In this document: piece by piece, positions 37,682 through 46,509 of the stretch
Layout of the letters: every line of letters starts with the position of its first letter
Numbering within the stretch: position 1 is the stretch's first letter
From: a bacterium
GTDB taxonomy: Bacteria; UBA8248; JACPRG01; G963555815
Assembly (NCBI GenBank): GCA_965218795.1
Contig: OZ244653.1
Span: forward strand, 4,064,001 to 4,128,000
Direction of reading: 5' to 3'
Length of the DNA: 64,000 bases
The notes under the pieces: generated by a model
The model's input: only the letters and a program-made list of their open reading frames with translations
Told to the model about the DNA's origin: nothing
Databases searched by the model: none
Translations under genes and position numbers: made by a program

Positions 37682-38081
37682 GGGTTCCTCCTTAGTTTAC
37701 CCCCGCGGCGGTCCACGGGCGCGCGTCAGGATATTTATCCTACATCGGATGAACGATACGAAAGAAGCTCGGTCATCTCCGAATCCCGTAATGCCTTGCC
37801 GGTTTAGACCTGGATGGGCCCTCCAGGATTCTTAAATCTTTCTTAGGGAAGCAATTCCTGGTGATTGACCCTTTCCCCCGCCCAGGTCATGACCAATATG
37901 GTGTTCGTCCACTGTCGAGTTGTCATGAGAATGTCAAAGAGGAGTCAAACTCGGTCATCCCGAGCATAGGGTTTCATTTTTCGTGGAAACATTTTGAATG
38001 CAACATGCCAGATTGGCTGATTCAATGAGAAATCTTCAAGATGTCTACGATGCGATGTAGTCGATGACGCGCTGCGTGGCC

Positions 38082-38771
38082 TCACTCGTCGGCCACGAAT
38101 TTGTAACCGACGCCGTGGAGCGTCACAAAGTATCGAGGCTGGGCTGGGTCGGGTTCGAGGCTTTTGCGCAGGCGGAGGATATGGTTGTCCACGGTCCGTG
38201 TGGTGGGGTACTGCTCGTAGCCCCATATCTCTTCCAGCAGCCGGTCGCGGCTGAGGGCCTCGCCCGGATGCTCCAGCATGTAGACCAAGAGGTCGAATTC
38301 CTTTGCCGTCAGTTCAACGGCCCCGCCCGAACGGACGACCTCGCGCCGGATGGGATCGACCGCGATCTCCCCGAAGCGATACGGTCCCGTGCGGCCGGAA
38401 GCCCTCGCCCGACGCAACTGCGCTTTGACCCGGGCCAGGAGCTCGAGCAACCCGAAGGGCTTGCTCACATAATCGTCCGCGCCGAGTTCGAGCCCGATGA
38501 CCTTGTCGGATTCCTGCCCCTTGGCCGTGAGCAGTAGAATTCGCACTTCAGCGTTTTGGCGACGGAGGCGGCGGCAGACCTCGAGGCCGTCCATCCCGGG
38601 CATCAGGATATCCAGGATGACCAGGTCCGGCCGTTCCGATTCCGCGGTCTCGAGCCCGGCTTGGCCGTCCCGCGCGGTGAGGACTTCATACCCTTCCAGG
38701 GTCAGGTTGTCCTCCAGACCCCGGACCATGTCCCGGTCGTCATCCACAATCAGAACCCTGGGATCCCTCAT
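38082..38771 (-). CDS. OmpR-family response regulator
   Basis: VDDD, LDILMPGMDG, GADDYVSKPF, TRTVDNHI..LR, GVGY. Confidence 0.96.
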   Translation of the reverse strand: MRDPRVLIVDDDRDMVRGLEDNLTLEGYEVLTARDGQAGLETAESERPDLVILDILMPGMDGLEVCRRLRRQNAEVRILLLTAKGQESDKVIGLELGADDYVSKPFGLLELLARVKAQLRRARASGRTGPYRFGEIAVDPIRREVVRSGGAVELTAKEFDLLVYMLEHPGEALSRDRLLEEIWGYEQYPTTRTVDNHILRLRKSLEPDPAQPRYFVTLHGVGYKFVADE

Positions 38772-40351
38772 GGCGGCGTCTCCCTCTGGGGTTCCTCCGA
38801 ATGGGTTTGATCGCGCGGAAAACGGATCACAAACCGGCTCCCGCCCGCCTCCCCCGCGTCGGCGTGAACAGACCCGCCGTGGGCCTCGACAACGTGTCGC
38901 ACAACGGCCAGTCCGAGTCCGCTCCCCTTCGGCGCAATACCGGGATTCGCCCGATAGAAGGGATCGAAGATGCGCGCCCGTTGCTCGGGGAGGATTCCGG
39001 GGCCATGGTCCTCCACTTCCAGGAACAGGTCCCCGTTGGCGTAGACCCGCACCTTAACCTCCGGGGGGCCGGTGGAGAACTTAGCGGCGTTGTCCAGCAG
39101 GTTGAGGAGGGCCTGGGTCATGGCGCCTTCATCCAGCGGGATGTCGGGCAGATCGTCGGAGATGCGGGATTCAATCGTCGTACCGGCCTGTTCCATCTGG
39201 GGGCCGTAGTCGGTCAATACCCGGCGCACCAGGCCCGGTAGGCTGGCCGTTCGAAACTCGAACCGTTTGCGGTTCGACTCGATATCCGAGAAGTCCAGGA
39301 CGTTGTTGATCAGATGGGTGAGTCGGCCGGTTTCCCGAACGAGGACCTGGTGATACTCGGTACGCTTTTCCTCATTGGCGACCCGGCCCAGCATGAGCGA
39401 CTCGGCGTACATCCGGATCAGGGCCAGCGGCGTGCGCAGCTCGTGGGAGACGTTGGCGAGGAACGCGGACTTCATCCGGTTCAGTTCCCATTCCCGCCGG
39501 AAGACCCGCCAGCTGAAAAACACACCTGCGCCGACCACCCCATAGACCAATGCCAACCCTGCGCCGAGGAGGAACCGATCCCTCCGGACAGACCGTCGAA
39601 GGGTCTTTTCCAGACCGCTGGCCTCGACCGTTCCCAAGGGGAGGTCTTGCGGGAAGGGGGCGCTCGCCGTCACCCGCGCGTGCGGAAGGGCTTCCCCCGA
39701 CCCCTTCAGGTTCAGACTGAGGCCCGAGCTTCTGGATTGCGCGATCAGGACCGGCCGGACCACGTTGTCACGAAGCCACTTCCCATCCAGAATGGCCGCG
39801 AGGATTCCCGAGTCGGCATCGGCCGGCTTCCCCAGGGCGGTGTAGCTGATCAGCAGGCCGGCTTCCGCCGCCTGTTCGAAGAGAAAGTCCGTCCTCCCCT
39901 GGCTGATTCTTGTTCGAATTCTCCGATAGATTTGACGGACGAGGGGCGAGTCTCCTCGAAGCGCTTCGGGGATCCGTCCGCCGGTCGCCAGGCTCCGCCC
40001 GAGCATGTTGCCCTTGTAATCAAAGACGAACGCTGCCATTGCCAGCGGCCGCCGGGCCAGGTATTTCTCCAATGCCTGATGAGGCGTCACGGTGGGCTGA
40101 AGCGCGGCCTTCATAAACCCCATGAGAAATTCGTCGGCCTGGGCGCGAATGGCCTTTTCCGCCGCGGTGACGGCCATCCGGGCGGTGGCGAGGCTCCTGG
40201 ACCGCGCCATCTGAATCATCTGGGTTTCGCGATCGTGCAGGACGTGGACGGCCAGATAACCCAGCAAGGCGCAGGGAACCAAAACGCTCACAGAGAGAAT
40301 GATCTGAAAGCGCCTGCGGGACCGGCCCTCGACGGGTTTGTTCTCATCCAT
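38768..40351 (-). CDS. Sensor histidine kinase
   Basis: Two TM segments, VSHELRTPL, NLLDNAAK, DHGPGI, GSGLGL. Confidence 0.95.
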   Translation of the reverse strand: MDENKPVEGRSRRRFQIILSVSVLVPCALLGYLAVHVLHDRETQMIQMARSRSLATARMAVTAAEKAIRAQADEFLMGFMKAALQPTVTPHQALEKYLARRPLAMAAFVFDYKGNMLGRSLATGGRIPEALRGDSPLVRQIYRRIRTRISQGRTDFLFEQAAEAGLLISYTALGKPADADSGILAAILDGKWLRDNVVRPVLIAQSRSSGLSLNLKGSGEALPHARVTASAPFPQDLPLGTVEASGLEKTLRRSVRRDRFLLGAGLALVYGVVGAGVFFSWRVFRREWELNRMKSAFLANVSHELRTPLALIRMYAESLMLGRVANEEKRTEYHQVLVRETGRLTHLINNVLDFSDIESNRKRFEFRTASLPGLVRRVLTDYGPQMEQAGTTIESRISDDLPDIPLDEGAMTQALLNLLDNAAKFSTGPPEVKVRVYANGDLFLEVEDHGPGILPEQRARIFDPFYRANPGIAPKGSGLGLAVVRHVVEAHGGSVHADAGEAGGSRFVIRFPRDQTHSEEPQRETPP

Positions 40352-40494
40352 GGCACACCTCGGCGTTTATTCTAGGCGCGGCTCGGAATGAAACCAACGA
40401 ACGAATGTCGCTTTTCTGTAAAATGAACGGCGGGGAAGGGATTTTGCCTGGACAATGGCGCGGTTGACCCGGGCGTGAGCGGAGGATTTTAGGT

Positions 40495-40878
40495 GTGGGG
40501 ATCGTCGGAATCGGGTCCGATTTGATTGAAATCAGCCGGTTCACGGAGGCCGGAGAAAGGTATGGAGATCGTTTCTACCGCCGGCTGTTTACACCGGAGG
40601 AGATCGCCTATTGCGAGTCCCGGGGGCGTCCCGGTGAGCACTATGCCGCGCGTTTTGCGGCGAAGGAGGCCGCCCTCAAGGCCCTCGGCCTGGGCAGGTC
40701 GGGCGGGGTCACCTGGATGGATGTTGAAGTAATCCGAGGTGAGAAGGGGCCGCCGGCGATTCGGTTCACCGGCGTCGCCGAGGAAAAGGCCCGGACGCTC
40801 GGTGTGCATCGCGCTCACGTCAGCCTCACCCACTCCCGGGATTTGGCCCAGGCGAGTGTGGTCCTCGAAGGCGATTGA
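40495..40878 (+). CDS. acpS: Holo-ACP synthase
   Basis: GIGSDLIEI, AARFAAKEA..KALG, VSLTH. Confidence 0.96.
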   Translation: MGIVGIGSDLIEISRFTEAGERYGDRFYRRLFTPEEIAYCESRGRPGEHYAARFAAKEAALKALGLGRSGGVTWMDVEVIRGEKGPPAIRFTGVAEEKARTLGVHRAHVSLTHSRDLAQASVVLEGD

Positions 40879-40899
40879 ACTCTCCCTCCCAGGGAGCGG

Positions 40900-41892
40900 T
40901 CAGCTGGCCCTTGCGGGAGCGTCCGCGTCGGGTGGTTTCATTTCACGGTTCAATTTCTGTACGGTCCGGCGCACGACTTCGGACATCAGCCTCATGGCAT
41001 TCTCCTGCAGCGAGTCGGCCGTGTCCCGGGGTGTGTGATATCGATGGAAGATGGACGGCCAATTCTTCCGGTTCCTCCATCGGGGTGATCTGGGATTGAA
41101 GACGAAGTCCCGTAGAATCTCTTTGTCCGCGTTGGGGATCATTGTCAGGGCCAGTGCCGGAACCCCGGCCTGCTGAAACCTGACGTGGTCCGATCCGAAA
41201 CGGGGGATGTCCCCCTCCACAACGTGATCGGCCTTCATGGCCTTCAGTGTCCGGAGCAGCGTCCGGACGGCCAGGGTTTCACGCTCCGTTTCCTTGGATT
41301 CCCAGACGGCAACCGTATCGCCGATCCCGCAAAGCTCGAGGCTGAACATTCCGAAGACCCCCTCGGCGGGATGATCGGCCAGATAGGCCTTAGAACCTAC
41401 GAGTCCGCTTTCCTCCCCGTCGGACAAGATGAACCGTACCATGAGATTCGGGAGGGGTTCCCGTCTCAGCGTCTCGTACGCCTGGATGACGGAGGCTACG
41501 CAGGACGCGTCATCGTTCGCTCCCGGACTCTTCGGCACCGCATCCAGGTGGGCCGAAACGACAAGCGCCCGCCGGCCCCGGCCCAGATCGAAGATGAGAT
41601 TCGACCCGTCGTCTCCTGCGTAGGTGTGGACCTGATAGGCGATGTCCTTGGCCCGGAGGATTCGTTCGGCCGCGAGCCGGCGCTCCAAATTGGATTTGCC
41701 TTCGAGCAACCGCACGGTATCCGTCAGGGTTCGGGTCGGGTGGTTGATATAGGCTTTGAAGGCTCTCTCTTGGAAATTCGCCCCGCAGGACGCGCAAAGA
41801 AGGCTCGCCGCGATGCCGAACAGGATGGATTTGGAGGAGGATTTGAATCTCACGATTTTCCGTCCGAAGCGAGCGGTCACTCTCGTCCCCAT
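40900..41892 (-). CDS. M28 family peptidase, probable lipoprotein
   Basis: SAHLD, PGANDDAS, GEESGL.GS, SDH, YHT; CASC lipobox-like. Confidence 0.88.
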   Translation of the reverse strand: MGTRVTARFGRKIVRFKSSSKSILFGIAASLLCASCGANFQERAFKAYINHPTRTLTDTVRLLEGKSNLERRLAAERILRAKDIAYQVHTYAGDDGSNLIFDLGRGRRALVVSAHLDAVPKSPGANDDASCVASVIQAYETLRREPLPNLMVRFILSDGEESGLVGSKAYLADHPAEGVFGMFSLELCGIGDTVAVWESKETERETLAVRTLLRTLKAMKADHVVEGDIPRFGSDHVRFQQAGVPALALTMIPNADKEILRDFVFNPRSPRWRNRKNWPSIFHRYHTPRDTADSLQENAMRLMSEVVRRTVQKLNREMKPPDADAPARAS

Positions 41893-41937
41893 GGCCGTTC
41901 CGTTTGGAGCATCGAGCGTTAACGGCGTCTTATGGTT

Positions 41938-43347
41938 TTACGGCTTGAGCGGGAAGCAGCGGACCCGGCCGATATCGTCACAGTCCGCCAGCAGCATGAC
42001 GAGACGGTCCAGCCCCAGGGCCGCGCCGGCAGCGGGGGGCGTGCCCGCGTCCAGGGTCCGTAGGAAATCTTCGTCGAGGGGGGGGCGGTCTCTTGGGTCC
42101 CGGCCCCGCCGAACATCCAGCTCGGTTTCCCACCGCGCGCGCTGCTCTTCCGGATCATTGAGCTCGGTGAATCCGTTAGCGAGTTCCAGCCCGCCGATGT
42201 AGACCTCGAATCGCTCTGCGATCGACGGGTCTTCCGCTTTTCTCTTGGAAAGCAGCGCCATCGGCTCGGGATAGTCATGGAGAAGGGTCGGACGGGAGCG
42301 GCCCAGGCGGGGTTCGATCCGCTCGATCAAAATCTTGAAAAAGAGATCCTCCCAGGTATCGTCCTCTCCAACGAAAATCTCAAGGTCCCCCGCAGTACGG
42401 GCCAATCGGTCGCGATCCGGACATGACCACAGGTCGAATCCGGCGTAACCCCGGAAGGCCTCCCGCACGGTCAGCCGCTCCCATGGGGGACGAAGGTCGA
42501 TGCGGTTTCCTTGATAGTCGATTTCCGGTTGCCCGAGGGCTTCGGACGAAACGGCGCCTATCAGCGCCTCTACCGTATCCATGGCCGATCGGTAGTCCGC
42601 ATAGACTTCATACCACTCGAGCCCCGTGAATTCCGGGTTGTGCAGCGCGGTTCGCTCACCGTTCCGGAAGAACTTGCAAATCTGGAAGATTCGCTCATGA
42701 CCGGCCGCGAGGAGGCGTTTCATGTGGAGCTCCGGCGAGGTCGGAAGGTAAAGCCGGGTCCGATCCCGTTCGCCCAGGTAGTCCGTCGTGAACGAAGCAA
42801 GATGAGGGGCCGGGTCGGGAGCCGCTGAGAGCGCGGGGGTTTCCACCTCGAGGTACCCAAGATCTTCAAAGAAGCTCCGTACGCCTTGCATGACACGGGC
42901 GCGGAGTTTCAGGATGTCATCGCTGGGGATTCCATCCTCCAAGGCAGGCGCGGCCGTCCGGTTGGGAGCGAGAATATGGATGTCGTCCGATCGGAACGCC
43001 TCGTCCAGAATTTTGATGCGGGTCTCGATGATGTCGCCGGGCCGGAGGGCATCCAGGAGGCCCAGGTTGCCCGGCCGGTTTGAATCCCGGCGGGTCTGAA
43101 GCTCAATCTTTCCGGTGTGGTCCGAGAGGGTGACGGACCAAGTCTTTACCTCCCGCTGAATTTGGGAAATCCGGCCGGCGATCCAGACTGCTCCCCTTTC
43201 CGTCATCTCCCTGGATTGCAGGACATCATGGATGGGTGTTCTCGCTCGGCAGCGGCCGGGGTATGGATCCGTCCCCAGATCGCGGAACTGTTGCGCGCGA
43301 TCTCTCGGGGCGGGATGCGGTCGGGTGTTTTTCGCAGCCTCGCTCAT
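41938..43347 (-). CDS. epmA: EF-P lysine aminoacylase EpmA/GenX with extra N-terminal LysRS-like OB domain
   Basis: LYLPTSPELHMKRLLAAG, FRNGE..HNPEFT.LEWY, ELANGFTEL, ALGLDRL; about 140-aa N-terminal extension. Confidence 0.85.
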   Translation of the reverse strand: MSEAAKNTRPHPAPRDRAQQFRDLGTDPYPGRCRARTPIHDVLQSREMTERGAVWIAGRISQIQREVKTWSVTLSDHTGKIELQTRRDSNRPGNLGLLDALRPGDIIETRIKILDEAFRSDDIHILAPNRTAAPALEDGIPSDDILKLRARVMQGVRSFFEDLGYLEVETPALSAAPDPAPHLASFTTDYLGERDRTRLYLPTSPELHMKRLLAAGHERIFQICKFFRNGERTALHNPEFTGLEWYEVYADYRSAMDTVEALIGAVSSEALGQPEIDYQGNRIDLRPPWERLTVREAFRGYAGFDLWSCPDRDRLARTAGDLEIFVGEDDTWEDLFFKILIERIEPRLGRSRPTLLHDYPEPMALLSKRKAEDPSIAERFEVYIGGLELANGFTELNDPEEQRARWETELDVRRGRDPRDRPPLDEDFLRTLDAGTPPAAGAALGLDRLVMLLADCDDIGRVRCFPLKP

Positions 43348-43350
43348 CGG

Positions 43351-44391
43351 TCAGGCCCCTTCGGCCGGATGATGGGCTTTCACCAGTGCTGCCACGGCGG
43401 CGTTTATCGGGACGGAAAGATCCTGTTCTTTCCCAATCCGAGCCACGTAACCGTTGAGGTAATCGATTTCCGTCGTGCGGCCCGCTGTCAGGTCGCGCAG
43501 CATGGAGTTCAGATTCTCCGCGGTTTGAGACGCCGCCTTCAAGAAAATCTCCTCCGCTTCCGGCGGCTCGATCGGGGTGCCTTGGGAGGCGGCGACCTCA
43601 CAGGCTTCCCGCAGTATTCCCTGCGCGACGGAACGAAGATTTGGGTCGGTCCCCACGATTCCGTTGCGGACCCGGGCGAGAGCGCCTAATGGGTTGATTG
43701 CAAGATTGGCCATGGATTTTTCCCAGACGGAGCGTCTCGGGTCGATGGAAACCTCCGTCGATACCCCGGCTTCCCGAAAAGCCGCCACCGCAATATCAAG
43801 CGGTCCGCTTTCCGGATGATCGCCCGTTCCCTCCTGTTCCCATCCTGCCAGTACGATTTTTCCTTCCCCCGTGGAGCGGATGCTTCCGGGCGACTCGAGA
43901 AGCGCTCCGCCATAGACGAGACCGCGGATCAGCGTCCCCTGTGGAAAACACCCGGATACAGCCTCCTCCATTCCCAGACCGTTGGAGAGTAAGACAGCCG
44001 CGCCCCCTTCGGCAAGGGTCGGCGCCGCATCGGCCGCTGTTTTGGCGTCGGCGGCCTTGGTCGTCAAGAGGATCAAGTCGGCGGGCGGGAGGGAGTCGGC
44101 CGGTCCTGTGAGACGAACGGGCACCGCCCGGTCGGAATCCGGATTCGGCCCGATCAGCCGGAGAATGGGCGAGCCCTCTCGTTCCGGCCAGTTGTCGGGA
44201 AGATTCCCGGCGGGCTTGTTTCTCAGGCCGAGGGTCACGACGTGACCGGCTGCAGCCAGATGAAACCCCAGCAGGGCGCCGACTGCGCCGGCGCCCTGAA
44301 TGAATATTCTCAAGGAATGCTCCGGTCGGTGGGGAGGCGGCCTTCTACTTCGCTTTGGCCGCGACGCGGCGGCGGGTTGGTTTCGCGCCAT
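43351..44391 (-). CDS. panE: 2-dehydropantoate 2-reductase (start may be TTG 44313)
   Basis: GAGAVG, TTKA, NGLG, WEK...N.AINPL, N.NSML.D..GRTTEIDYLNG. Confidence 0.92.
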   Translation of the reverse strand: MARNQPAAASRPKRSRRPPPHRPEHSLRIFIQGAGAVGALLGFHLAAAGHVVTLGLRNKPAGNLPDNWPEREGSPILRLIGPNPDSDRAVPVRLTGPADSLPPADLILLTTKAADAKTAADAAPTLAEGGAAVLLSNGLGMEEAVSGCFPQGTLIRGLVYGGALLESPGSIRSTGEGKIVLAGWEQEGTGDHPESGPLDIAVAAFREAGVSTEVSIDPRRSVWEKSMANLAINPLGALARVRNGIVGTDPNLRSVAQGILREACEVAASQGTPIEPPEAEEIFLKAASQTAENLNSMLRDLTAGRTTEIDYLNGYVARIGKEQDLSVPINAAVAALVKAHHPAEGA

Positions 44392-45307
44392 TGGATCCGC
44401 GTCGGTTGGTCGGCCGGCCGTTCGTGAATTTCAGCTCGGCCTTTGTTCCCTCGACGGCCATCTTTCCGCCGCCGTTCCGGGCTTTTTTGGCTTCGAAAAC
44501 GGCCGCGGCGGCCGTCTTCCGGGTGGCCGACGGCTTGCGCGTGAAGTCGGTGTAGGCATACGCCTGGTGATTGTGGATACTTTCGAAGTTCTCGCACTCG
44601 ACGCTGAACCACGTGAAGTTGGGTTCGGAATGAAGGGCCCCGTACACCTCGCGGACGACGTCTTCGACGAACATGGGGTTGTCATAGGCCCGCTCGGTGA
44701 CGAATTTCTCGTCTGAGCGCTTCAGGAGCGCGTAGATGCGGTTGACGGCTTTTTCCTCGATGATTTCGATGAGGTCCTCGATCCACACGGATTCCTTGAA
44801 TCGGGTCTGGACGGTGATCAGGCCACGTTGGTTGTGCGCGCCGTATTCGCTGATCGCTTTGGAGCAGGGGCAAAGCGTCGTGACGGGGACGGTCACGCCG
44901 AGAACGAAATCACGCTTCCGGCCGGGTCCGGACCCGCCTGAGAACATGCACTCGAAATCCATCATGCTCGAGATACCCGAGACCGGCGCCCGTTTCTCGA
45001 TAAAGTAGGGGAAGGACATCTCCAGATGCGCGGCCTCGGCGTCCAGACGGTCCCGAATGGCCGCAAGAATATCGTGGAATCGCTCTATGCTCACGCCGTT
45101 TCTGAACTTGTTGAGGATCTCGACGAACCGGCTCATGTGGGTCCCCTTGAAGTGATGGGGGACTTCCACGTACATGTTGAACATCGCCGTGGTGTGCTGT
45201 TCTCCCTTGGCCTTGTCGCGCACGGTGATGGGATAGCGGATGTCCTTTACGCCGACCCTCTTGAGCAGTACCTTTCGGTTATCCCGCTGGCTTTGGATAT
45301 CAATCAT
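44345..45307 (-). CDS. folE2: GTP cyclohydrolase I type B with basic C-terminal tail
   Basis: KGTHMSRF, TTLCPCSK, GAHNQRG, KRSDEK, NPMFVED, ESIHNHQAYA. Confidence 0.96.
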   Translation of the reverse strand: MIDIQSQRDNRKVLLKRVGVKDIRYPITVRDKAKGEQHTTAMFNMYVEVPHHFKGTHMSRFVEILNKFRNGVSIERFHDILAAIRDRLDAEAAHLEMSFPYFIEKRAPVSGISSMMDFECMFSGGSGPGRKRDFVLGVTVPVTTLCPCSKAISEYGAHNQRGLITVQTRFKESVWIEDLIEIIEEKAVNRIYALLKRSDEKFVTERAYDNPMFVEDVVREVYGALHSEPNFTWFSVECENFESIHNHQAYAYTDFTRKPSATRKTAAAAVFEAKKARNGGGKMAVEGTKAELKFTNGRPTNRRGSNGAKPTRRRVAAKAK

Positions 45308-45377
45308 GGTTGCCCCTCCGGCCCCAAAAAACAGAACGGTGTAAGGAAGTTCGGCGGACCTCCACCCCCATAGTGAA

Positions 45378-45406
45378 TTAGACGGTTTTCGGTTCCAAAG
45401 GTTTCA
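45378..45406 (-). promoter_or_regulatory. ECF sigma-type promoter upstream of folE2
   Basis: Minus strand TGAAAC-N16-CGTCTAA about 70 nt upstream of the start. Confidence 0.55.
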
Positions 45407-45628
45407 GGAATTCGGTCGATCTGAAAAACTCTTTATTTCTCAATTTATTCCGAGGGTCGTTTCGGCCCGTTCCGTCGATGATTGGGAGTGCAGGTTGTTC
45501 CCGGCGGAATGCACGGTTCATGCGGGATCTAGACCGAAAAATTCATTCCGGATTGGATTTGAAGGTTGTCGAATACCCGGCATCCTTTCTATCTATCAGG
45601 CCCGCCCGTTCAATCGCAAGTCATTATC

Positions 45629-46507
45629 CTATTGATTTCCATCTACGTCACGATAAGCCGTTACCATCCCGACGGTCCGGACCGCGGCCCGCACGTCGTG
45701 TACGCGAAGAATATCCGCGCCGCCCAGAACACCCAAAACGTTCGCCGCGATGGTTCCCTCCAGCCGGTCCAGGGGATCCGAGGCGCCTGTGATCCGGCCG
45801 ATAAAAGCCTTCCGGCTGACGCCGAGACAAATGGGATGGCCCAGGTCCCGCAATTGGGGAAGATTCCGGAGGATCTCCAGATTGTGAGCCGCCGTTTTTC
45901 CGAAGCCGATGCCGGGGTCGATGATGACCTGCTGAATCCCGGCTCCGGAGGCAAGTTCGGCCTGCCGGGCCAGGTAGGCCTTCACCTCTCCGACCACATC
46001 GCCGTATTGCGGCTCGTTCTGCATGATCGCGGGCTCGCCCAGCATGTGCATGATGACGGCGGCGGCGGAGTGCTTTCCGATCATTTCACGAAGCTCCGGG
46101 TCCCGCAGTCCCCGTACATCGTTGATCAGGGGGACGCCGCGGCGGAGTGCTTCCTCGGCAACCCGGGGATTCGAAGTGTCCACCGACAGGATCCCCCGAT
46201 CGTCGTCCAGCAGCGGCTCCAGGACGGGCAGGAGGCGGCGGAGCTCTTCTTCTGTGGGGATGGAGGTTGCGCCCGGGCGGGTGGATTCCGCCCCGACGTC
46301 GATGATGTCCGCGCCCTCGCCGATCATCCGGCGGCCCTGGGCGAGGGCTGACCGCGGGTCTGAGAACCTGCCCCCGTCGGAGAAAGAGTCAGGCGTGACG
46401 TTCAGGACGCCCATGACGATCGGGCGATCGAGGCTGAGACGCTTGCCGCCGAGGCGAAGAACCCGTCCCGACGGTGGATTTGGCTCGGTGTCCGTTCCAG
46501 CGCCCAT
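45629..46507 (-). CDS. folP: Dihydropteroate synthase
   Basis: MGVLNVTPDSFSDGG, GAESTRPG, DPGIGFGK, SRK, RVHDV. Confidence 0.97.
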   Translation of the reverse strand: MGAGTDTEPNPPSGRVLRLGGKRLSLDRPIVMGVLNVTPDSFSDGGRFSDPRSALAQGRRMIGEGADIIDVGAESTRPGATSIPTEEELRRLLPVLEPLLDDDRGILSVDTSNPRVAEEALRRGVPLINDVRGLRDPELREMIGKHSAAAVIMHMLGEPAIMQNEPQYGDVVGEVKAYLARQAELASGAGIQQVIIDPGIGFGKTAAHNLEILRNLPQLRDLGHPICLGVSRKAFIGRITGASDPLDRLEGTIAANVLGVLGGADILRVHDVRAAVRTVGMVTAYRDVDGNQ

Positions 46508-46509
46508 GG

